Assembly: GCA_030704615.1 (NCBI GenBank)
Contig: CM060733.1
Location: 9,362,001 to 9,426,000, forward strand
Reading direction: 5' to 3'
DNA: 64,000 nucleotides
DNA from: Takakia lepidozioides
Taxonomy: Eukaryota > Plantae > Bryophyta
The notes below the pieces were generated by a model. That model was not told the origin of the DNA and did not search any database. It saw only the letters and a list, made by a program, of their open reading frames with translations. Shown here piece after piece: positions 13,038 to 27,400 of this stretch (positions are counted from its first letter, which is position 1; each line of letters starts with the position of its first letter). The position numbers and the translations under genes were made by a program.

Positions 13038-14440
13038 TTGCGAGATCGATGGAGTGGATCTCATTTGGGGATGACCTTTTTGAGCAAATCAGGAGCGGTC
13101 ATAGATGGCCGCAAGAGAACAGTCACGCTACCGTGTGGGAATGGTGGCGAAGTTTTAAGAGTGTCGGAAACGCCCAACCCAGTGGGAGGGCGAATAAACC
13201 TGTTGTCGGCGAAGGAGTGGGCCGTGGAGGAGCCACACGAGCCCCAGTTTTTGTTCTACGTAAGACAAGTGAAGGGAGAAGGCGATGGGGAGCCGAGCCC
13301 AGATTGGATCAAGGGGATTTTGGAGAAATATCAGGATGTGATGTCGGAGGATTTACCAAGCGGCTTGCCACCGCGAAGAGGAGTTGACCACAAGATTGAG
13401 GTGATACCGGGATCGGAGCCGCCTGCCAAGGCGCCCTACCGGTTGAGCCACAGAGAGTTGGTCGAGCTGAAGACTCAGCTCAAGGATCTAATGTCAAAGG
13501 GGTACATCCGGCCGAGTAAGTCACCTTACGGAGCCCCGGTGCTATTCGCGGATAAAAAGGACGGGACGCTGCGGATGTGTGTCGATTACAGGGCTCTGAA
13601 TAAGGTGACTATCAAAAACCGATACCCTTTGCCAAGGATCGACGACCTCTTCGATCGGTTGGCAGAAGCGAAGTATTTCAGCCGGATCGATTTGCGCTCC
13701 GGGTATCATCAAATTCGAGTGGCGGAAGGAGATGAGGAAAAGACCGCGTACAAGACAAGGTATGGTTCCTATGAGTTCTTGGTGATGCCTTTTGGGCTCA
13801 CCAACGCACCCGCAACCTTTGCACGCTAATGAAAAACCTTTTCCAGGAGTGGCTGGACGACTTTGTGATCGTGTACATCGACGACATCTTGGTGTACTCG
13901 AAAACAAAGGAAGAGCACCTGGAGCACCTCAAAAGGGTTTTCCAGAAATTACGGGAAGGGAAGCTGTATGCCAAAGCTTCGAAGTGCGAATTCGGGGTCA
14001 CAAAAGTGGAGTTCTTGGGGCATGTGATTACACAGGATGGGATCAAAATGGATGACAGAAAGGTGAGAGCAATCTTGGACTGGGAGCCTCCAACTTTGGT
14101 CCCAGGAGTGCGATCCTTCTTAGGACTCGCCTCCTATTACCGAAAGTATGTGAGAAATTTCACCAAGATCGTGGGGGTGCTGTCAGACCTCCTGTGTAAA
14201 TCCAAAGTCTGGGTATGGAACACCTTTTGTGGCCAAGCTTTTGCCGAGTTGAAGCAGCAGATGGCGGAAGCTCCAGTCCTGAAAATCCCGGAGTTCGACC
14301 GCCTATTTGAGATTCATACGGATGCGTCGGACTTCGTGATTGGAGGTGTACTCATGCAGGATGGACATCCAGTGGCTTACGAAAGTAAGAAACTGAATAT
14401 AACTGCGCTACTGAGGGGGTTGCCTTGTAGTGTGGGCTAA
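13038..14440 (+). pseudogene. pol: Pol: reverse transcriptase and truncated RNase H, frameshifted near 13825
   Basis: [53 protein letters not shown] and AYESKKLN; homology stops after that. Confidence 0.92.
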
Positions 14441-14965
14441 CGCGGAAGCTACGTGCTTCCGTTCACGTACTATAATCGTGTAGCCTTGGGACGAAGTCGT
14501 AGTGCGGCTTCGGCGTGTTCCCGTACCTCAGGCCAGCATTCCAAGGCAGACCCAATTGCAGTGATTGGGGCGCACGGTTGGTTCAAGGTTATCTTCCTAG
14601 TCAAAAAGGGTTCAAGGCGAACCCTTGCTCAAGGTGATGCCAAAAGCGACATCACGAACGGTCGCAAACAAATGTTATTGCAGTAAGGCGATTCGATCCT
14701 CGGGGAGGATCGTTCCTTGGCCCTGAAGTGGGTCAATAAGAGTGCACTGGGAGGAGCTTGAGAGGCTCCACCCTTGGCCGGGACTTGGAGGAAGTCGGCC
14801 GAACTAGCTAGTGGAGAGTAGAGTCAAGTGGGGGTTTGGTTCTTACCCATAGGACGCCATGGTGCGGAAACAAACTCCTTGATGTGGGACGCCACAACTT
14901 GGATGTTTGTTTCTACAAAATGGACAAGTCGATGAGGACATCGACTCCCTGTTGGTAGGGGTGTG

Positions 14966-15691
14966 TGTCGCGGCCCTTTGCCTTGAGGGCAGGGGGTCGG
15001 GACACGTGAGAGGCTGCCCCTGTGGTGGGGGCAGTGGCAACATTAGTTGCGGGGGCTGAAGCACCCTTGAGTGCCCAAGGCACTCAAGGAGGCGGAGGCG
15101 CTCGCTAGGTGGAGCCCCGCACACCAAGTTGCGGTGGGGGTGGTTCCATAAGGGGTGGTGGTAGCTTAATGGGACTTAGTGGGGGTGGCATAGGACTCAC
15201 CATGGGGGTGGAGACCTTGTGGTGGGAGTCGTGGGGAGTCTTGGGACTCATCACGGTCCAATGGGACCGTGGTGGGTGGGCCAAAACTCACCGCCACTCA
15301 TCACCGGGAATCGAGGGTTTTCGTGGTGGTTCACCATAAAATGGCATGGTTGTTTGTGAAAGCCCCGCGGACAGTCACAGAAGTATATATAGGGAGTAGT
15401 AACCCCGAGAACGGTGCAAGCCCGTTGGTGTCCAAAAACTAGTGAGTAAGCGTGCGAGCCGGAAAGCGACCAAGGTGTGGGGAGCTATTCCGGACTGCCA
15501 TCGACCAAAGGGAATTTCCACTAGGCCCAAATTGGGAGAGGGTCTTGTGGAGGAGTAAAGGGGGACCGTTATGTCCCGGTGAGCAGCCAAAGCTCCGAGT
15601 TGGCCCGGCGGCCAGTTAGGGAGTTAGGCGCGCGCATCAAAGCGAGTAACTATGACTTGAAGGGGAGCTTACCGAGGTGAGGTGCGCGACA
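14966..15691 (+). repeat. 3' LTR (726 bp)
   Basis: Direct repeat of 11233-11948, followed by the TSD ATCGT. Confidence 0.95.
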
Positions 15692-18600
15692 ATCGTGGTT
15701 TTTCATAATTGCCGAATTCGACATAATTGGATAAGAAATGAAAATTTCCATTCAGAATCGAATTTGAATGGGAAGAAATGCATCAACTAACGCTGGATTT
15801 GGGGATCAAGAAAACGGTTGAGAAATAAACATACGCATTTCCGAAACCACTGTCCTCAATAAACCACCACAATGAACAAAACAAACAATACAACCAGCAC
15901 GGTAATCTCCCGCCACCCTAAACCATTACCCTAATCGGCCAGAACAAGCACACACAAACCCAATTGCACACAAAACCACCACACAAAACCACCCTACAAA
16001 CCATCGGTGAATTGAAAAACAACAGTGAAGCAATGACGCAGGAATGCACTGAAGCACAGAATGGAGCAGGAGTGAAATGAATTGACAGAAAATGAAACAG
16101 AAACCTAATGTGCACTAAAGCACGGACTGAAGCACTGAAGACAGTGCAGTGCAGCAGAGAATGAAACAGGATCCAAACGAATTGAATCTTGAACAAGCCA
16201 CATGAATCGAGAGCGGGCCAACACAAAACTGAGAACATGCCAACACATGAATTCAGAACAGGCCAACACAAAACATGAAACAGAAGACAAAAAGAGGGAG
16301 TTTTTAATGTTGTACCTGCTTGTGCCGACCATTTTGGTGCCCCTGCAACCACAGTCCTTTGTTTGATACTCTCTTCCGCATCTCCGCTTGCCGGTAATTG
16401 CACTGTGCTCTCGCCTCTACACTCGTCAATCTCCACTCGCCACTGTCTGGTCTCTCCTCCCTGCTCTTCAAATTTCGCCTATTTCACTCTCTCACCTTTC
16501 ACCCTCTCCTCTCTCTGCATTCGGCCAAGTCTGCTCTTTCTCTCCACACTCCAGTGTCCAGTCGCTGCAAAACGAGCTCCAAAACTCTTCTCTTTCACGC
16601 TCTCCTCTCTCAACTGTTAAGCTCTCACTCGCACAGCGCTTACGCGTAGAAAATGGGAAGCCCAAAGGCCGGGCTCAAAGAGCGCACCCCTTATAAGCGA
16701 CCTTCAAGGATGATCTGAACCATCGCCTCCGTCCGAAATCAAACGGTCGTGCGGCCCAAATGGATGTTCTGCCCCATCCACGCAAACTAACATTAATACT
16801 GTCCATCCACACAGATGAAAATTAGTTCAACTTTTGTTCCACGAATGCACACACGTTTGGACAGACGACTGAATAGACGAATGAAAAAAGGACGAAATGA
16901 TTGTAATGACGCCATTGGTCAGACTCTGCAACCCTCACGCTTACAAAAATCTTAAAATAGATTCGAAGCCAACAAACCTAAACCCACGCCCCAAACGCAC
17001 ATGTGACCACCCACGTGACACGCCTAGGCAGTCGTTTCGAACTCAATCTGCCATAGGACACAACGATGTACCTACGGATTCATCACAGTGTATAATCATT
17101 GTCTCATATTGAGCCGTCCACAATTATTTTCGGCTGTTAGCCGCCAGGCGTCAATATTCCCTGACAGACATACGGCTTTAAGGATAGTAGATGGCCCCTC
17201 GTGTCGGGCATTCCTCGATTTAAGGTCCAGAGCCACCATAGGGACTGCCCATTTATCGAGGGATACCCGACACGAGGGGTCCATCCCTACATTAAACATG
17301 TGCAAGCAAGCAAGGCACGACAGAGCATTCCGCACACCTGTAATGCACCGCCCTCGCTGTCCAATGCAATGCGCCGGCATGTAATGACCCGCCCTGCCCA
17401 AGTGTTTTATTCACTGTAACAGCACGATCAATATAAACAGAACAATCTCAAAGTGCTTTATGGTTCACCTCCGGATTCCTCCCAGCTAATTATAATGATC
17501 GATTGTTAATGTGCAGTCCCGAATTAGTTGTGGCGATTAGCCGCCTGACTTCATTTCTCCAGGCCACTTGTCAGTATCGACATCCTTCACGCTTATTCCA
17601 GAGTCTGTTGTCAGAGCCGCACGATAATGATGCCAGACTTGTAGTCCTACTAACGTACAAGTACGATAGAATTCAGTCTGATCGCGGCCGTTATCGTTTG
17701 TTCCATAATTAATGTGACAATGGCTGCTGTCAATAAATGGAAAATTGTGCACACTTTCAATGAAGCCGAGATTTCGCCAGTTGAAATAAGCCGTTCGATT
17801 CCGCCTTAATCCACGGTGGCCACAATCAATCCGGGAGAGAAAGCATACCACACTGCCATTGGAGCGATTCAAAGATGAAAGTTACATGTCACCTCTATAT
17901 AACGGCCGAATCCACACAACACCAACTTCCCACTTTGAACCTCTCACTTGCTTCTTTTCTCACACGCACCTCTCTGGACATCCTGCACCTCTCTGGACAA
18001 CGTGTACCTCTTTGCCTGTCCTACACCACTCTGCCCATAGGGTACTTCTGAAGCAGCCTCTGAGTCTCTCCCTACTTCCTTAGTCTCAGGTGTCAACTGC
18101 ACATTTCTCACGTAGGATAGTATGATACTCAATTTTTTGTGTACTCTCCATGTGCACCAGCTAAACTTGCTTTTGTTTGTCTAAAGTTACTCCCAAACCT
18201 CCACTGGGCAGTCGCCACATTATTATTCATCCATCCATAGAATCATTTTTTCATCTACAGAGGGCTTCTTCATTATCCATTGTTCATCCATGTGGTTGAT
18301 TTCATCGTTGAGACTGAGTAGTTTGACATCGCATCCTTGAACCAGTACCAGAATTCTTACATGTTCATGTGATCTGTGTGTTCGTGCGCATGACCATCCG
18401 CAGGCTTCTCTTCACAAAAAAAATGGAATGACAAGCGCACTACAGAGGTTAATGTATGCGTCATTCAGCCTAGATGTATGCTAATGAACATTAGTGAGAT
18501 GCAGTACAAATATGTGGCGCTGGTCGTTGCTGCCTTTACCTCTCATGCATAAATGTACACTTACTGGAGCTGTTTTCATTCTCTGAACATTGGAGCTGCT

Positions 18601-18910
18601 GCATGTTCTAGCTTCAAAGGAGCTCATACTGTCAGAAGTTACGACCTGACAAGTCAGCCTATCAACGACGGTATGGGCCAAGCTGCAACGATCATCTGAT
18701 GACGATGACTGATTGTCACTTGTATTCCTGGATAAAAGTTATGTCAAAAAAGAGGTTCTAAAAATCATCTCAAATCCAAGCAACTATTCAATCCTGCCAC
18801 ATAACTTAGTTCCATTTAGAGAAGTTCAGATCACTAACCAGCAAATTGCATGTACGGTTCACCCTTTGAGCCAATTCCGCACATCTTTAAATATCGTAGA
18901 GATCTCGCAG

Positions 18911-21341
18911 CTACTTAGTGATGCCATTTAATGTGCGTACATGCCCACTGGGTCGCGGAGGAGTTGACGGGAACTCTGGCTCGCGCTTGCATACCACACG
19001 GCACACCACAAGAAAAGGTTGTGGCCTACCACCCCTCCTCAAAATCTCACGCTCTCTTTCGACATCTTCTGCTAGCCCAATCTCCTCCATGGTCCATAGG
19101 GCCGAATTTCTGGTCCTCCTACCTTTCACACCTGCTGCAGCTTGGTATTTGCACCATGGAGCCGGATTAGTAGAAGGCTGGAAGCAGCGCAGTTGATGTG
19201 GGGTTTTTAGTGCCACGTAGCTCAAGTACGTCTTGAATGCCACCGTCATTACGTTATCTCCTCGCAATGGAATTATTCTGCCTTGCTGCTTCCAACGGCA
19301 CCCATAATTCGTGATGCGTAATCTTGTGGGTCTCTTCAGTCGGCTATACTTTGTCAAACAGTAAAAATAATGACAACTTCCTGAGTTACCTGCAACACCA
19401 CAGCCTTCTGATCTGAATGCAATAGGGTATAACCAACGTAGTATCCTCAATGTATACATGCACAAATTCAAGCAATTGATCAATTGTTATCCACACATGA
19501 TGTGCACCGACTGCACCTCTTTCACTTCACAAGATCTAGTCTAATTAATATTGTTGAACATGATCTCTATATATATATTAGATCCTTCTGTCCAGGAATA
19601 TATCAACTGTAAACCCTCTCCATATCCACCTAATTCTACTTTTAAACGTATGTATCGATTAATGATGTCTAGTAATATTCACGTTTTCTTGTGAATCTAT
19701 GCTATACATACATAGATATACCTCCAATATATGTCGACAGCAGGAAATTTCCATCTGGAGCAGACTAAACTAGTGTATGTGGAGCGGGAAGGGACGGATA
19801 ATGTACCAGTGCCCACAAGGTCAGAAGGATGCTTCGCATACATGTCATCATCCTCGATCGTGTTATTTTCTCCCATCACCCCTCGTCCTGCTAGTTGACA
19901 ACTCTCACCCGCTGCGGCGATGATCTCTTTACGGTGGCGCAATGCTTGAACCATATCCATTTCAGTCAGTTTCATAGTCATTGATTCTGGGGCACGCTTG
20001 GTCACCTCAGGCTTCCCCCTTAAGCCATATGACGGTGGTGGTTCAGTATCGGAATACTGCTGGATTAGTGAGTTGTAAGCCAAGTCATCAATTGAGGGCT
20101 GTGCACTCTCCCGAGTTACCAGCATTGAGACGTCCAGAATCTTGCAGTTTAACAGAAACGGGCCATTTAAATTGGAAGGTACTACAGTCATATGGTCCTG
20201 AAAGTGGGACACGGTCTGAGCTGCATCACAATTGTTGCCGAGGGCGCAAGCGGGTTGATTGAACCTGTCATCGTTGAGTTTCTCTTCTGAGTTGGGACTA
20301 AGTTTGTAAAGCAGGTCACCATTAGTGCATAGCTCAGGCTCATGGTTCAGGAAATCCACGTGTGGCGGCGACAATCTAGGCACTCCTGTAATGTAACGGC
20401 TGGTCGAGGTTGATCCCAAGCCCAACCTGTTTGTGTAGAGGTGCTCATTACGCATTGTCTTGAGGTCCGAAAGTTCTACCACCTGCTTCCTCATAGATGC
20501 ATCCTGCAAATAGCTGTCCAAATCCTCATTGTGGTCGTCATGATCGTACACCTATAGGTAGCACAGATCTGGAGCTTAGACGTCCACCCATTATATGCGC
20601 CTACCAACATCGATATATATATATGAAGTTGTGAAGGTATGGCATAACCACGAGATGCAGGCCTATGCGTCACCTTACAAGACATCCTTGGAATCACCGT
20701 CCAGGAACTTCAGTACTAGATGGTTAGAAAGTACTTTCTCTCACTGCATGCATATTACTAATATTGTTTATCAGGATACATTAGAACCTGGCGTCGGCTA
20801 GTGCACTAAACGTGCAGAGCTTTCCAACGCTGGTGACCTTAGTATTTACCGTGCGTGTTCTCCACTCAACGCTAGCTTTGAGGCCGCAATGCCTCAACTA
20901 CAACATGATTTCAAGAAAATAGTTACAAGTAAATTACAACAAACCCCATCAAGATCTAGCAAACAGACAAGGGCTCTCAGGATACATTTGAAAATCACCC
21001 AGAGAGCAGGAACTAGGCAAAAGTTTCGCTTTCTGGACATACATAACTAGTAAGACTTCACATGCACGTGGTTAAATCATACATGTCTATTGTGCTTCCG
21101 ATCGGTCACTGCAAAGAGTCACAGACCCAGAACTGCACTCGGAAACGCCTTGCCACCTTCGTACATCACCACGAAGAAGCTCGGACGTTCCATATGATAG
21201 GAGTTTAAGGTTATGCACAGGATCACCCACAGGAACCGCTGACTCAACCTGCAAGAAGATGGAGTCTACGACATCCAGCAGCAGATTGACATCGTCACAT
21301 CTCATCGCCTCCGCCTCCCGTTTCCATCTGCCCCCATCCAT
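18911..21341 (-). CDS. Divergent NAC-domain protein with C-terminal NAC domain; predicted exons 21341-21249, 20551-19807, 19389-18911 (~438 aa)
   Basis: NAC subdomain look-alikes appear in order: KLTEMDMVQALRHRK (A), DDMYAKHPSDL (B), HYFYC...KY...WKQQGRIIPL (C), VAFKTYLSY...WTMEEIGL (D) and LVVCRVVCKR (E). The GT-AG junctions keep frame, with a phase-1 intron between B and C as in typical NAC genes. The first exon is least certain. Confidence 0.62.
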
Positions 21342-22514
21342 TCCAATGCTTCAGGATCTCACAACATACAGTATTCAAACTTCCTACTCTTGCGGGTTGC
21401 ACCATTCCTGTCTTTGACATCGATCTCTTGATATCATGTAGCAGTGATCAATGCAGAGTGCGAGCAAGCGAGAGAAGAGTAATCAGAAAGACAACTCTCG
21501 TTCGGACCTATCACTGGAAACTCGCAGCTGTATTCCGCTGGCGATGGAGTGTGGAGAAAGTGTAGGACGGTCGAGTCCGCGGCGTTCTCGTCGCCAGCAG
21601 AGAACGCCATTGCAACAGCGACTGTCAGACAACTGCGAGAAGACAGGTTGGCGGCGGTAAACTGCACTGCACTGCCACACCGCACGGTCAGCCCTAAACC
21701 CGTCCATCCGCCGCGCGGATGTCAGGCGCAGTCGCCGCGCGCAGCTACCGCAGGCAGCCCACTGAGAGATTGTACAGATGCTCATCCCGCTCACACGAGC
21801 GGCATACATCTATTTTTCTACTCTTGTTTGCACTACTCAGATTTTGGAGTATTCGTTCTAGCATCCTCCCATGGGAACGCTCACGATTGTAAATTTGTAA
21901 ACAGGCATCTTTCATAATGGTCCAAAGTCCAAACACTGGGAAAGGATTGACAAAGAACCACAGCTATGAAGAAAGGTCCAGCAAGCCAACATCAACAGGA
22001 GATTGACACCTTCGGCATACATGCGAGAGACTCTGGAGTCTCTTAATTCTCTTCATAATGTGACAAGTTTGAATGGTACACAGGATTCAACCTGACAATT
22101 TTAAGAATGACATACTATCATAGTCAATTCTGAGTCAGTGAAGAAATGGCTGAATCTCCACGGTTTACCATTGTCTCTGAGATGACTAAATGAACCATGG
22201 GTATGCATTTTCTCAGATACTTGCGATGGGAGTCCTTTGCAGCTTGAATGAGCATGACAATGATTTCACATTCTCACCTTCTGATTTGTAACATCACAGC
22301 TATAATCCAGGAAGCTGTGGCTCATTTCTATGTTGCTCAAAGATCACCGAGTGCATTCCCCATCAGGCACTACCAAGCTCAATCACAGGTAACTTCTAAT
22401 GAAATTAATTTGTAAATCCATGACCGAAAGTTCACTGGAAAGATTGACACTGAGATTTTGAGCTCAACTGACAGTTTTGCTGGCATTCCGTCATCCAATT
22501 TCAATGTTGGGTCC

Positions 22515-24454
22515 CTAGATTGTCTTTATAAGAGTTGGGCCCCGTTTCTGATCAAGGCGACTTTTGATAATTACAGGCACTAAAACAAGAAAAGCAATCA
22601 CCGAGATGGTGAGAATGGTTTGAAGATCATACAAATCAGTCAAAGAATTTATCTGGGACATAATACTCCCAGCCTTCACTGCCACCACACTCGCCGGAAT
22701 AAGGCCTACAAATGTGCCCAGCATAAACTCCCTGTACATATTTTCCAAATCCCAACAGCATCTAGCATTAGTATCGTTGCATGCAAGCACCCAAAGACTT
22801 GCATGCAATGAGGGAACTCTCTACCTCTATTTGTCTGCTATCTAGTCCGGATATCTTTTTTTTCCATCACGGCTTACAAGGAAGGGGACACAAGAGTCTG
22901 ATTACCTTAGTGGGACTGATACAAGTGGTGCCGAGACATTGACGAACCAGTTGGGAAGGATCGGCGTTATTCGCAAGAAAAGTATGTAGTTCAACAGATT
23001 GTGGCGATGGCGCTGCACCTCACGGGCCAGCCACTCACAGCGTTCTTGGAAATAGTAGTACACAATCTCCTTCAATATAAAATACGACAGTGCGTAACAT
23101 AGTGCTGATCCAATCGTAGCCAGTACCTGCAACATTATCCCAAAGAGCAGAGAGAGAGATAGAGAGATGACCCTGACCAAAGTCAGTGTAAACAAAAGCT
23201 TCTTCCCCTTCCACTGCCCGTCACGAGTGGATTCAAGGGAGCACTGCATATGAGATCATCAATCATTGTGGACACAAGGAATCACACTCAAGAGGTTGCA
23301 GGTGATCTCTTATAGCTGTTTCTTAGTGTAAGCAGATGATGGCTTGACTACAATAGTGCTCATGAACATACCAGCAAAGAGTTCCTGCAAAATTGTAATA
23401 ATCTGCCGTTCAGTTGATGGTGTCAAGTTGACAGTGAAGATGTTAGCCTTTCTTATTGTCTGTAGGCACCCTGGCTCAAAAGAAAAAGAGGTCTAGAGGT
23501 CCCAGCAATCGGACACTTGAAGCCAAGCTACAACAAACTGAAGCAATCAGCAGAAATCTGCTTTGGGTGGTGTGATAGGGACACTCACCAAAACAAGGAA
23601 GAGAGCCTCATAGAACCCATAGAGGGATCCTGCCAGAATGTTAAGGAAAATTGACCCGGGAATCATGAAAGTCTGCAGGAACAGATAGAGACAGACAATG
23701 CCTACTTGGACCTGCACCAAGAAAATGAATAACTCAAGGAGAATACATGGAATGGCATGCACTTCACAAATTTAAGTAAGATAACTTAGAGAATATATGG
23801 AATCTCATGGACTTAACAAAAAAGTATTAAATTTGATGCTGTAAAAAAGGCCGGCACCAAACACCGTGCTATAATGTATGCATAGATATAGTTAATAGCA
23901 AGTGAAATGGTTGCAAATAGGACAGATAAATGCAAAGCTTGCAGGGTAACTACCTCTCACTCCATAGAGGAAGACCATTTGGTTACCTGCCGCTGATTCT
24001 CCTTCTTATAAATTTCCAGGGTACCTCGAACCACTCGTAGCTCTGACATATTCTTTGGAAACTTCAATACCAGCTCTGGCCCCTCTATAATAACTTCTTC
24101 CCCAGCCTCTCTCCTATCAATCAGCTTCCGTAAATCATCTTCAACTCTCACCACTCCACCTTTCAGGTCCCGTACCTTGGGCAGTGACATGAACAGGAAA
24201 AATACGAAGGAAAATGAGATTGTGAAAATAAGGGCTAGCAGTAGGAGCTTCCGGACCCAAAGAAACTTGTCAATACGACTTGAGGACTTCAGGCCTGAAA
24301 GAAGCTCAGAGCTTAGTGATGCGTCAGGGTAGGGAGAGTGTGAGTCATCCATGTGCAGAGCTGTCTGTCCATATAAAGTATCTGTTGAGCCATAAATGGA
24401 GAAGCTTTCGTCTTCTATATCAGTGCCCAGTGTACCTGTTGCTTCCCTCTCCAT
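22515..24454 (-). CDS. SNARE-associated Golgi protein / VTT (DedA) domain, TMEM41-like; exons 24454-23987, 23711-23589, 23126-22906, 22731-22515
   Basis: YLFLQTFMIPGSIFLNILAGSLYG, ATIGSALCYALS, YILFLRITPILPNWFVNVSAPLVSVP and FMLGTFVGLIP. All junctions are GT-AG and frame-consistent. Confidence 0.92.
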
Positions 24455-27400
24455 GGTGGTATTGGCATCCCTGTAATGAATCAATTTCAATTCAGAATCA
24501 AGGAATAGGTGTACAGCCTGTAGGATTAACCAATTCCCCAGTACGTGACAATTTTACTACCAAACTCTCATAGCTCTCGCACAGCACACCTCTTTCAAGA
24601 TTGATCTTTTTTCCTAGTTCCCTAGCAGAAGTGTAACCTTAATTGGCAGTGCGTAGCAGGATGGTGAGGAAACCAGATTGAATTCATGATTCTATCCTTA
24701 GCATACTATCCTTATACCACATCCCAGTCACTCTAAAGTGGTCTGGGCAAGAGCTACTCATTGATCCTTCCCTTTAAACCTTCAGTATGACATAATAAGC
24801 TTGGGGACACAGCCCCCCAGGGAATAGTATGATAACCCTCCCCCACAGCTAGTTGAGGTGCTTCAATTTGGGCCAAAAAAAAAAACCAGTACGTAATATT
24901 TTTCATAGCACCCACCCACAATAATCAGAATACAAGGGTCCAACTGCTGATTAAGGGCTGGAATTGACACGACTGGATTCCATCATTGCTGCAGTTTCTC
25001 ACCACAGATACTTTAGATAGAGGGATGTTCCCTGTGAAGGTTGGATATGCTGCTGAGGGCCTAGTCCCTGAGGGGTATCACCCCTACCCAGCCACTGAGG
25101 GAGTTTCCATCCCCGGGGTATGGAAAAGCATCATAGGGCTGGCGCAAGCCAGTGAAATCCGGTCAGAGAGGATTGTCGTGTGGACATCATACATAGAAAA
25201 CACAATAATGATTCCAGCTCTGCTGCTCTAGGTAACAAACTGATACACACACCGTGGCTGATTCCTGATGCAGTCAGTCTGTCAGAGAGAGACAGAGAGA
25301 GACAGAGCTTACAGAGAGCTGGCCAACTGAGGACGTGTGTGTGTCGACTCTTCTATACTTGAAGTGGCCCCCTTCTCCTTCCCACCAAACTCAGGCCTCG
25401 AACGTTCCATCATAGCTCTCCTTCGCAAACCTGCCGAATTGCTACCAATGTTAACTTCTCAATGGCCCCCCGTCAATTCCCCACGTCAGACAGGTAGCAG
25501 ATGTCATCCATTTCAACACTATAGTGTTCACTTCTATACGAAATCAGTTTTCAAATGATTACTTCGCCAAAGCCGTCTTCATTAAAAGGACAGAAGACAT
25601 GCTGTGCAACAATTTTCAACGGTCACAAATTTGAAGAGTGAAACAGCTGCAGAAAACATATTCCACTTAGTGAGATGAGCACAGGTTGCGAGCCCATAAA
25701 CCTGAAGCTAATCTAAGATCACAGGCTTAAAAATCCAAGAGCGAGAAAGGTGAAACGGGAGAGGTAGCAATTAAGGTCTCTTGGAAGTGCGAGAGAGAGA
25801 CAAGAATAAGAGTGTGATCAAGCAAAAGTTATGATTCCACAACAGGGGATTTCCACGTATTACTAGTCATACATGCACCCGAAACGATAGCTCCACCGCC
25901 GCTGTTGTGGCAAGAAGTACGTGATCTTCCTCCTGCTACAACCAACCCACACTTCAGAGATTATCTGGAGGTAGATATGAGCAGAATGTAATTGTGAGGT
26001 GTTTCAGCTAATTTTGGCCACCAGCGAGGTAGACAAAGCTTGCACTCTATGGTCCTATGAAACTTCTAACATAAATCTGCGGAAGAAGCTAACCCTAGAC
26101 TCACGCCATGTGCACATCTTCGAGATTTCTGACTGCCGTGTGTGTGTATCTCTACCTGGCCTTCTCGATCACAGTAAAATTACGCATTCTAACGTCAGGT
26201 CGGTGCAGCCTTCAAATCGACACTCAATCCGCTATAATACCGCTGTCGCCTCATGATGAGGCTAGCGCGGCTTGAGTCTGTGAGCACCATCGCGGCTAAG
26301 TCCTGGGCTTCAGTTCAGTACTGCGAAGGAAATGGGAGGGAATGTGGTCAGAATATCCGAGTACCTCAGGAAGATTTCAAGTGGGCAGCCCACGAACTGG
26401 GCTGGAAAGCGGTATCATTCTTTGTTCTGGATATCGACCCCACAAACATGTCTAGAACTTCTTCGGGCCCCCCGAGAATCTGCGAAGGTTGGTTTTGTTC
26501 GTAAGATATGGAATCACTGAAGGTCGACTCTCAGCTTTCGGATCATCCGAGTGGGCATCACGGGGATATCCAGAGAACAGCACTGGTTTCTTGTGGGTAT
26601 TGTGTATATACGTCTTATCATGTTCCCTAAAATTGTGGGTGGCTGCAAACTTGGCCTTCAATATCACGATTCATTGGAGTGTACGAAGATCCTGCTGGGG
26701 CGGTATAAGACACCACAACAGGTTTTTGCAAGGAGCGAAACAAACAAAAACCTCAAGATCCGCAGTCAATCTTGTACTTCTCCTAAAACTTGGAAGGCAA
26801 ACGGTATTCCCTCTTCATCAGTAGAGCACCACTTGATGAAAGATGTTGATTGGAACACTTTCCATCTCTATGACTTCAAGATGCCTGTGACCTTCATATA
26901 TACGGATAGGCTCTGAAAAATAGTTGCGAGGTTGTGAAAAAATGAGAATGGGAAACGTTTGTCCATTGTTGGCAACTGTAAGTACCTCTGTTTCTTTGTG
27001 GCGAGAATTTATGTGAAGTTTAGACGTTGAGGTGACATTAAGGAGACCTGGCCACGAGCCAGAGTCTTGGCAGCTGGTCTCCTCTTTCAGTCTAAGACAA
27101 CCTTACTTTGCAGGTATATCCGTTTTGGGCCCTCTGTAGAGGTTGGCACCAGGAAATAATGGGTTGAATAATAAGTAATCAACCCAAGTGCTGAGAGTCA
27201 TTAGTTTTTTATGTCTGTTGATGTGAGTTCACGACAGTTGTGTGCTTGCTCCAAAAATCTTCTTCAACACGCCTTGTGTAGTTAGTAGAAAGTGGTAACC
27301 AGTATCTTCAATTTAGCATCAGCACAAAAACAACAGCCTCTTTAACCTGAGCAGGAGACAGAACCTAATCAGGTGTAGAAGTCATAACTGCTTAGCATTG

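Larger units (their letters stand above)
11233..15691 (+). mobile_element. Ty3/Gypsy LTR retrotransposon, internally deleted (no integrase), recent insertion
   Basis: Two TG...CA LTRs, a 5-bp TSD ATCGT (11228-11232 and 15692-15696), PBS TGGTATCAGA, a purine-rich tract at ~14951-14965, and gag-PR-RT-partial RNase H in Gypsy order. Confidence 0.95.
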
